Of a DNA stretch of 8,564 nt, positions 1 to 7,622 are shown one piece after another. The DNA is from Paraspadella gotoi (taxonomy: Eukaryota > Animalia > Chaetognatha), in contig JBJCIZ010000614.1 of NCBI GenBank assembly GCA_051294375.1, positions 1-8,564 of the forward strand. Reading direction: 5' to 3'. The notes under the pieces were generated by a model. The model did not search any database, was not told the origin of the DNA, and worked only from the letters and a program-made list of their open reading frames with translations. Numbering within the stretch: the stretch's first letter is position 1; each line of letters begins with the position of its first letter. A program made the position numbers and the translations under genes.

Positions 1-86
1 AAAAAAGGAGAGAGATATGTTAAAAATAAGGAAGTGGCTCTTTTCTATGGTGTTGCGCGAGCGCATTGAATTTTTATAAGATAGAA

Positions 87-105
87 TTTAGGTTAGGGTT
101 AAGGG
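87..105 (+). repeat. Short degenerate telomere-like run (TTTAGG TTAGGG TTAAGGG)
   Basis: Three adjacent TTAGG(G)-like units read directly. An isolated GTTAGGGTTA also occurs at 741-750. Too short to exclude chance. Confidence 0.3.
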
Positions 106-825
106 TAAATTAAGAAAGCTTGTCTTAGTGCTACTACAATATCGCATGTATGTATTCTTTTAAAATTCGCTTTAATATTTTATTGACTGTATCATTATAC
201 TGATTTTTTATGCTATGATTTGGATTTTGTGGTAAATGTTATCTGATATAACAAAAAATTTTGACTTATAGAGTTTAAAATGATACTATTTTAAAGACTT
301 CATTATAACAAATATTAACGAAGAAATCTAAATAAGTTAAACAGACTAACAGACTAGAACGCAAAAGGTAAATCCTGCGAGTGTCCTCCGACGAAGTACT
401 TCGCTGCGCTGCTAAAAAAAAAAAGCTTTGTGAGATTTTGGCTAGAAACAGAGAGCTCTGCGAGCGCCGCACATAGATTGAAACTACTTTAAATTAAGGG
501 GAGGAAAGATTTGTGCGGCCTGAACATTCGTTGAACTCGTTGCGATCCGTTTTGAGACGGATACTTAAGCGTGGAGTGGCTGGTTGAGAGATTGAGAAAG
601 ATTTAAAGTAAATTTTGACTGCGAAAAGGGTGAAAAAATTATTGCATCCCTTAATTGCTTTTTTTAGATTTATAATATAAGTTATATGTCCTTTCGGTCA
701 TTTCATAAATAAAGTTGAAACTTTAACGATTCGAGAATATGTTAGGGTTACTTTTTTTGGCAATATGAATTACAATTTTATCCCTGCGTAAAAAAGTAAA
801 TTACGATTTGCGACGTTGGCGCGTT

Positions 826-855
826 GACGACGACGATTACGACGACGACGAAGAT
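826..855 (+). repeat. Imperfect (GAC)n trinucleotide microsatellite
   Basis: gacgacgacgattacgacgacgacgaagat. It accounts for the DDDDYDDDED run in ORF 808-1020. Confidence 0.75.
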
Positions 856-1179
856 AGCTGCACGTCATCATTGCCTTTTACCTTGTTAGTTGAGACGAGA
901 GTGAAGATACAAGAACAGCCTCTAATAAGTCACTTTTTAGGTTGGTCTTTCATATTTGACGAGGTTTTTAAATTATATATTATTAATATTAGGTTTATTT
1001 TAAATATTATTATTATATAGGGAGGGTCCAGCTTTTTTAAGACTTAAATTAAAAAAATTGTTTGGATGGGTAAATAATTAATAATAATAATTGATATGAA
1101 AATTAGACACTTAAAAAAATTATAAAGATATTTTCGATATATTATTTTAAAAAATTCAATTTTGAACGACATGAGCTAC

Positions 1180-1312
1180 TCAAAGTATTGAGAGAAAGTG
1201 GTCAAATGCTTTAAGCGACCACACACCGTTGTGAATGCTACCGATTCCTGCTACTCCAGCTGCTGTCAAAAAGTCGACAGTTTGGAGGGACGCGTTGGAC
1301 CATTCTATTTCT
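1180..1312 (-). CDS. Possible terminal coding exon, unknown product (EIEWSNASLQTVDFLTAAGVAGIGSIHNGVWSLKAFDHFLSIL*)
   Basis: GC-richer island in very AT-rich flanks. Minus-strand TAAATTAG acceptor (1320-1313), 43 open codons, TGA at 1182-1180, AATAAA on the minus strand at 999-994. The plus-strand frames are also partly open, so the strand is uncertain. Confidence 0.25.
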
Positions 1313-1484
1313 CTAATTTATAATTTATTAATTAGGAGATTGCCAATCAGAAAAAACTAGTTGTAAAAAGTCATAAGAATACATTTTAATCTCGATTTTT
1401 CGCCAAAAATGTCTTCAAAATTATTGTAATGAACCGGTCGTAAAAAATTGATCATTTATCATTAGTGTTTTCTTACCTTCTGTT

Positions 1485-1582
1485 TCGTTGTGATTTGATT
1501 CTAGAATCAAAGTTGGAAGAGAGATTTAACAACGAATACAAAATCGTTGTTAAATTCTCTCTTCAAACGTTTGTTCTATAGA
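1485..1582. repeat. Compound inverted repeat: 77-nt hairpin (1502-1578) overlapping a perfect 18-bp palindrome (1494-1511)
   Basis: By hand pairing, arms 1502-1535 and 1544-1578 give 32 Watson-Crick pairs, 1 mismatch, 3 single-nt bulges and an 8-nt loop. TTTGATTCTAGAATCAAA is its own reverse complement. Confidence 0.9.
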
Positions 1583-2504
1583 TATATTATTTCAAACAAT
1601 TATTTATAACAAAGTTCCACAAAATTTTCCACACAATTTTTTTATTAATTGAAGGAGAACTTAGCTTAATTTTAAAAATATAGATTTCTTTTTTTTCATG
1701 CTATTATAAACAATTTTTGTGCTTGAAGTTGAAGTGAAGTAGTTGAAGTTAGTCCCCAAAATAACTAATGCAAGGTTTATTATCATTAAATAACTATTAT
1801 ATATCATTGATATATTTCTATATTATTATGTATTATATATGAAAACGAACATGTAGAAAACAATTGCGGCCAACTCATCTGAAATTAATCTTTCTTGTTT
1901 GTTGTAATTATCTCTCATTGAATTCGAATTTTCATTTTGACATGAAGCCAATTTGTCCGAAATTGAAAATTAAATTTTTCTCGGAGAGTAAACAATTGAC
2001 AATTCAAAAAAAAAATAATAATGAAAAATCTACATTGTTCCAATTACATCAGAGTCATAAACTTGTCCGATCTAGGCAATTAATAAAATTGTTGTTGCCT
2101 ATCAAAACATGTTTTTTCCTAATATTTTTTTGAATGTGTATTCGTGGAAAAGGTGAGTTGAAGACATTTAGTAGAGATTACAAATCGATATATAAATAAG
2201 GGAATGCATGATCTCAAAAAAACATTTAAAGTAATATAAACTCTTCTGTTTGTCACTTTGACCTTTTTTAAGTGCAATAATCAATTTATTTAAAGTTTCT
2301 CCTACTAACTTATGAAAATGACAAAAAATTTTAAATTTTACAAAAAATACTTAATTTTAAAGAACCGACAGTCTTAAGTTCAAAATTATTTATTTCTAAT
2401 TCAAAGAAATTTAATTCATATTCTATGTCTATTTCTATGTTCATCCCTTGTTTTTTTCGTCATTCTCCCCGAGCTGGCATCCAAGCCGGCCCTTTGTCCT
2501 TCGC

Positions 2505-2810
2505 TCACTTCGAGATGTCCTCGACTTTTTTGACGTTGTGAAGCAATTGGGGGCGGGCCCGTTGCTTGGAGCCGCAATAGGGGTTCCAATTGCTTGGTAG
2601 CAGACGGCGCAGTGAAAGAGACGCGATCACCTGGGCCTCGATTGAAAGTCGTACTCGACGCCGCCTAGAGGCTGTAAGAAACCCGACGCCTGATTGGTAA
2701 AAATAAATGGTGAATGAAAGGAGGGAAGAAATAAGAGAGACTGACTTTGCAAGGACTGTCATGATGCATATCATCGTCAAGAGTGATGAAGGCCTTAAAC
2801 CAGCCAAAGC
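2505..2810 (-). CDS. Putative three-exon segment (2810-2746, 2689-2631, 2592-2505) of an unknown protein: FGWFKAFITLDDDMHHDSPCK/ASGFLQPLGGVEYDFQSRPS/NWNPYCGSKQRARPQLLHNVKKVEDISK
   Basis: Acceptor CTGAC-ttcgga-CAG at 2811. Introns of 56 nt (GTCAGT...pyrimidine-rich...CAG, 2745-2690) and 38 nt (GTGATC...AAG, 2630-2593) join the exons in frame with no stops. The segment ends at TGA or at an AA|GTGAGC donor. No family recognised. Confidence 0.4.
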   Translation of the reverse strand, partial: ALAGLRPSSLLTMICIMTVLAKSVSLISSLLSFTIYFYQSGVGFLTASRRRRVRLSIEAQVIASLSLRRLLPSNWNPYCGSKQRARPQLLHNVKKVEDISK

Positions 2811-2999
2811 CTGTCCGAAGTCAGGGAGGGCAAAAATGTAAGCTTTATTTATTAAATTAAATGGGATAATGTTTATTTGCTTCCGCAGCAATTTCATACA
2901 GTTAGATAACAATCAATATCACAGTTTATTATAGACACATCTACACGAATGGTTAAGTATAGTGTCAAGGTTGTAGGACGAACATCTGCCTTGCCCTTC

Positions 3000-3270
3000 T
3001 CACTGACACCACATATTCTTCAGCTCCGCCTTTCTTCCCTTTGCCTGCTTTTCTCTGTCACACTTGGCGAATTCGATGCCGGGCAAGACTTTGTTCGGGG
3101 CATCGTCTCTCTTTAGTGCGATGATTTTGACGCCAAAGGAATCGTTCTCGAACTCGAGACTTCCTTGGGTCTCGAGAGACAAGAGAGGGAAGATATAATG
3201 CCGGGACGGCCGATGTTGCGTTGATCGGAATGTGAGGGAAAATCGGTTTGGATCGAGATTGAATCCCTTA
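3000..3270 (-). CDS. Putative coding exon of an unknown protein (KGFNLDPNRF...LEFENDSFGVKIIALKRDDAPNKVLPGIEFAKCDREKQAKGRKAELKNMWCQ)
   Basis: Strong acceptor ATTTATTTTCTTTAG (AG at 3272-3271) at a sharp AT-to-GC transition, then about 90 open codons with protein-like composition. Ends at TGA, which lies inside a CA|GTGAGA donor-like motif. AATAAA at 2930-2925 on the minus strand. Confidence 0.45.
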
Positions 3271-3806
3271 CTAAAGAAAATAAATATATAATATTGTATA
3301 CTATTAAAGAATATTAAGTATTGTAATATCAATATATGGTTTTATCCCTAGTTTAGCCTGTTCCTAAATATCAGGGAGCAAGATAGCTAATATTGAATGA
3401 AATGGATAAGAGTTATATATTTGATTTGTATTTCAATTACAGTCTACCATTTTCGATTATTTCATCTCATTCCCTCGTCTAGTTGAACGAAAATCCTAGA
3501 GACCGAAATCAAATATTAAAACTGTTATTCTCTCCTTTCTTTGTGGCGGTCATTACATACCCCGCTTATTCAATCCATTCAGTTTAGGTTCGATACCGCT
3601 CTCAACCCATGCATGGCAATTAGTATCTATTCTGGCCCGGCAACTTTATCGACAAAGTTTTCCAGCACGCTGGAAGTTACAGAACTAGAATGACATTGCT
3701 CTATTTCATGCATGTCTTCAAACTCATCAAGGAATACTTGGCAATCGGAATTTGCTCAAAGTTTTTGCTCGCGACAAGACCAGAACTCGCGCTGAGTAGA
3801 AATCCA

Positions 3807-3910
3807 TTCTCTTCTTCTCTTCTCTCACTCTCTCTCTCTTCTCTCCGTTCCTCACTCTCTTCTGTCTCTTCTCTCTCTCTTCGTCTCTCTCTCTCTCTCT
3901 CCCCCCTCTC
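3807..3910 (+). repeat. Degenerate (CT)n polypyrimidine tract
   Basis: About 100 bp almost purely C/T, with interrupted CT dinucleotide runs. Confidence 0.95.
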
Positions 3911-4029
3911 AATTTCATACTCTTGTATCCGTAATCCATCAAACCAAAGATTTTTTTAGGGGACACAATTGGAATTCGGGAGCGTGAAAGTGACTCCGTT
4001 ACTCATCTCGGTCTTTTGTTGTTATTTCA

Positions 4030-4159
4030 CTCTCCTCTATCCCTCTCATCCTCCCTCTCTCTTTCTCTGTCTCATCAACGTCCATCCCTCACTTCCTCTC
4101 CTCCTCTCCTCTCTCCTCTCTCTCTCCTCTCTCTCTCCCTCATCTCTGTTCTCTCTCTA

Positions 4160-4193
<34 letters not shown>

Positions 4194-4218
4194 CTCTCCC
4201 CCCCACGCTCCCTCCTCC
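4030..4218 (+). repeat. Degenerate (CT)n polypyrimidine tract
   Basis: About 190 bp of C/T-rich sequence, including a pure CT run near 4160-4182. It explains the S/L-rich and R/E-rich ORFs here. Confidence 0.95.
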
Positions 4219-4250
4219 ATAACCACGACCTTCCTATCCCGCATTGTTAG

Positions 4251-4410
4251 AACGACGGTCACAATATTTGGACGGGAATTGACGATGTCGCGCAGAGGGG
4301 GCGTCGGCCTCGCATGAACTCGTCCGTGACCGATCCGCGTGAATTGCTGAATCGATGTAATCCTCACAATGGAGTCGAACCGAATCGTGGGCTCGCAGCA
4401 TCTTTTTTAA
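4251..4410 (+). CDS. Possible internal exon, unknown product (NDGHNIWTGIDDVAQRGRRPRMNSSVTDPRELLNRCNPHNGVEPNRGLAASFL)
   Basis: GC-rich block after the pyrimidine tract and TTGTTAG (4244-4250). Open frame, with a possible AA|GTATCG donor at 4411. Minus-strand frames are also open. Confidence 0.25.
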
Positions 4411-5830
4411 GTATCGTACAGTTATATTTTTTTTTCAAGTCTGCTAGAGATTCCTTTAGTAATGTATGTTATTGTAATTATTGGCCGTTTATCTCTCTAG
4501 TTGCGGGTTACCTTAGATTAAAAGTAGATATTTCAATATTCTGTTCTTCTTATTTGAATTAACATCTGTTTCGATTAATAATTCATTGGTTTCTTTTTGT
4601 TTCTTTTTTCATCGTACGTGGTGTACCGGGACGAGTGTTTTTCCACTGCACTACTGTGTTGTCGACCTTTCAATTTTTTTCCTTTTTCTTCCAATTTTGA
4701 TAGATCATACTTTCCATTTCGAATTATTTTATCCTCCTTTTTATTTTATTTAAATTTTATTTTTTTTATTTTTATTTTTTAGTTTTTATTTTGCTATTGT
4801 TTTTTTTCGGCAGCGAAAACGAAATTAAAATTTTTATGTCAAAAAACTTTTTTAATATTTTAGTGACGGAATAAATAAATAAAAAGTTAAATATAACAAG
4901 GTGGTACGACCTACGTAATCGCAGGTTTTTTGATAATTTATTTCCTATCGCTGGATGGCGTTTGTATAGAACATAGCCGTCCGATGCACTGCCCGTTCTT
5001 GGCGAGCGAGTCACAAGGATGAGTTCAGGTAGAGCTGCTGCGTCTGAGTGCGGCTTGGAGTCTGAATTTAACCTCGGTATGCTGCACGCTGAAAGGTTTC
5101 AAGTATATCATATAGTCTTTTTGTGTCTTTGGTTTCTCGCTTTCTTCTTCGCCGGTTTGCTATATTTTTATTATTTTTAATGAGTTTATCTCATTCCGAT
5201 GAGACCAACTTTAACAAGGATTTATTACTTTGTTCCATATTCATACCACATTTACCTAATTACTTATAGTGGAAACCAAAGACTCTATAGATCTTGATAG
5301 ATCAAATTGAAGAGCATGTAGTAGAGTAGTACACTAGCTACTAACGTAGTAGTAGAAACTTATGAACTTAGGAACTGGGTTAAACTAACTAATTAAACAT
5401 TTTTCCGATGTAGCTTATGCCTGAAAATATTTTGGAAATAAAATTTATTTAGTAGTAGTAATATTCGTTTTTAATTTTAATAATTATTTATGTGTTATTC
5501 TATTCTTTTATAATTATTATTAATTTAATTATTTATTGATTGTTTTTATTCATTAAATATATTCATCTATATCTGCCAGTGTGTCTTCAAATATTTCTCT
5601 TTCTTTCTTTTTTCCCCATTTTTTTAACTGAATTCGTTTATTCACTTTCATTGTGCTTAGAAAAATTCTTAAATTATCCTCAGAAGATTCGTTAAATTTC
5701 TGAAGATTCGAGAAGCAGACGAATATATTTCGTCGCGACGAAGTAAAAATCGATTTATACGGGTAGCGATGACAAATGAAAGGAGAGTAAGTACAATTAT
5801 CCCCTCAGCGATTTCCTTGACTATGAATAT

Positions 5831-5855
5831 GGAGAGAGAGGAGGAGAGAGAGAGA

Positions 5856-5887
<32 letters not shown>

Positions 5888-5944
5888 TGAGAGAAGAGAG
5901 AAGAGAGAGACGAGAGAGCAGAGAGAGAGGAAGAGAGAGAGAGA
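5831..5944 (+). repeat. Degenerate (GA)n polypurine tract
   Basis: 114 bp of interrupted GA repeats, in the opposite orientation to the tracts at 3807-4218 and 7202-7380. Confidence 0.95.
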
Positions 5945-6582
5945 CTCTAAGTTCGTTAGACAAAGCCTGCGCTGTGGTTCGTATAATGTGTGGCATTGTC
6001 TTGTGTTTTGTCGCTCAGCTTAAATGTCATGCTGCATTAAAAAGAGAAGGCTCGCAATTTCACGAAAAGGCGAGGAATAAAAAAAGGGGAGCGTATCACG
6101 TAACAGTGAGCAGCGTGACAGCGGCGCCAGAGAAGGAGAGTCTCACGAATGTCGTGGTTTATATGGAAGGAAGATAATAAAAGTCGTTGAGTAAAAGCGA
6201 CGGATGAGAGATCGTGATCGAGGCTTTTCATCCCCACCGTGCTCCGCTAGCTTAACGTTACTATTTAACAGTTTCGTCTATTTCATATATCATGATTTAG
6301 TTTATAGAGTTTGCTCGCGAGTTATTATAACTGCATATACTTTAGAATATAAATCGTTTTTATATAAAGTTTTTTTCCAGTTTAGGTTAAATAATTAAGT
6401 TTTAAATTTTAGGATATAGAAAAGAAATTATGCGAGCTGGAAAAGAGAAGCCTAACTTCTTGTGACTTCTTTTTCTTCTTTCTTTTATGATCTCTCTCGT
6501 CATTTTCTTGTGCCTAATAGAGTGTTGTTCCTTTTGTTTCCCCTCAGTCCCTCTGTTTGTAAAAGTTCGAACAGTTGAATTG

Positions 6583-6867
6583 AAGACAGAAAAAGACGAG
6601 TGCAAACCAGAAAAAAAATAGAGAAGAAATCAGAAAGAAAGAAAAGAAATAAATGGAAAACAGAAAGAAAAAGAAAAAGCAGAGAAAATGGGAAAAAATA
6701 GAAAGAAACAAAGCGAAATAGAAAAATGAAAAAAAGACAAGAAAAAAGAAAGAAAGAAAAGAAAGAAGAAAAGAAAGAAAGAGAAGAAGAGAGAAGAAAG
6801 AAAGAAGAATAGACAAGAAGAAGCCATAGATAGATAGCAAGACAAAAGGAAAAGGGAAAACAGAAGG
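6583..6867 (+). repeat. GAAA/GAA-rich low-complexity purine tract
   Basis: About 285 bp dominated by A and G (gaaagaaagaaaag, gaagaagagagaag). It explains the F/L/S-rich minus-strand ORFs 6544-6840 and 6630-7025. Confidence 0.9.
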
Positions 6868-6880
6868 CGATAATTTGTCA

Positions 6881-6951
6881 GCGGCGGCCGGCCGGTGAGG
6901 CGCGCAGGCGTCGGCTGTGCGGCGTCGGCGGCGGCGGCGCGGCGCTCAGCG
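6881..6951. promoter_or_regulatory. GC/CpG-rich island with (GGC)n runs, candidate regulatory element
   Basis: 62 of 71 bases are G/C by hand count, in an AT-rich window. The composition is certain; the regulatory role is inference. Confidence 0.35.
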
Positions 6952-7015
6952 AAAAAAAAGAAGAGATAATTAATTCCCAAGTCCGAAGTCCGAGTCGCAG
7001 GGCGCCGCTCGATTT

Positions 7016-7133
7016 CGATCGCCAATCAGCTTGTTCTTTTTGATCGCCAATACAGTTTTTTTTTTCGATCGTACATCGCTTTGATTTACGATCGCCAACC
7101 AGCTTGTTTTTCGGTCGCCAAGCTGTCTTTGTG
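7016..7133 (+). repeat. Degenerate tandem repeat, five units of 22-25 bp, core (C/T)GATCGCCAA plus CAGCTTG/T-rich tail
   Basis: Units start at 7016 cgatcgccaatcagcttgttctttt, 7041 tgatcgccaatacagtttttttttt, 7066 cgatcgtacatcgctttgattta, 7089 cgatcgccaaccagcttgttttt and 7112 cggtcgccaagctgtctttgtg. Confidence 0.8.
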
Positions 7134-7201
7134 CGGTTTCTGACAGTGATCGTTCGGCATGTAAATCCCTTTTTGCCATCGAGTTTTTTACGATTTTACC
7201 A

Positions 7202-7380
7202 TCTCTTCTCTCTCTCTCTCTCTTCTCTCTCTCGTCTTCTCTCTCTCCTCTCCCTCTCTTCTCTCTCTCTCTTCTGGTTCCATCTTCTTTCGCTCTCTTT
7301 CTCTCTCTCTCTCTCTTCTCTCACCCGTCATTTCTTTTCTCCTTTTCGCTCTCTCCTCTCTCTTCCCAGATCTTTCCTTT
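7202..7380 (+). repeat. Degenerate (CT)n polypyrimidine tract
   Basis: About 180 bp of C/T-rich sequence with interrupted CT runs. Confidence 0.95.
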
Positions 7381-7622
7381 ATTTTTAATTTTTTTTGATT
7401 ATGATTATGATACGTCACGCTTTATCATCTTTCTGATATCTTCATTTGCGTTTGCCCTTGAGAACGTCCTCTTCTTTGCCGAATTTGAAAAATAATATTC
7501 GATCTTTTCGAAGAATTTCGCATTTTTTTCATTGGTCATTTTCATTAACCAACTTAATACGTAGAAAGTATGAAAAAGCTTTTATTCTCTTTCCACGCCA
7601 ATTACATAATGTATTCACTTAG

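Noticed and set aside
87-105. Telomere or chromosome-healing site
   Set aside because: Only three non-identical units, internal to the window.
300-790. Plus-strand frame that reads protein-like if TAA/TAG encode Gln (ciliate-type code or RIP-mutated gene)
   Set aside because: It also contains a TGA at 585, the stop density is about what AT-rich non-coding DNA gives, a spot check showed no clear TpA excess, and no family is recognisable.
1614-1753. Short direct repeats (TTCCACA x2; TGAAGT x4 at 1724-1750)
   Set aside because: Ordinary slippage-scale duplications with no further structure.
3660-3688. Helitron 3' end (hairpin TTCCAGC-ac-GCTGGAA followed 9 nt later by CTAG)
   Set aside because: CTAG is followed by A rather than the T expected from the A|T insertion site. 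No 5' end or Rep/helicase remnant is identifiable, and a genome-wide copy search would be needed.
3545-3800. Additional exon(s) in a moderately GC-rich block
   Set aside because: Several frames on both strands read plausibly but are broken by stops. I could not assign a strand or consistent splice sites.
5318-5460. TAG-rich patches with a TACTAAC motif at 5339-5345
   Set aside because: Low-complexity (TAG)n sequence. A lone 7-mer is expected by chance in AT-rich DNA and no convincing exon follows.
4211-6174. Inverted similarity between 4211-4233 (CCAT-AACCACGACCTTC) and 6147-6174 as transposon TIRs
   Set aside because: There is only a 9-bp exact match plus a gapped few bases, which is expected by chance in 8.5 kb. 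No target-site duplication is visible.
7016-7133. Mini-CRISPR or repeat-spacer array
   Set aside because: The core is only about 10 bp, and the intervening segments are short and related to each other rather than unique spacers.
3690-7418. Listed ORFs rich in S/L, R/E or F (e.g. 3727-3966, 3969-4250, 5769-6023, 6544-6840, 7104-7388, 7188-7418)
   Set aside because: They stay open because CT/GA/GAAA tracts lack stop codons. Overlapping frames on both strands show the same effect.
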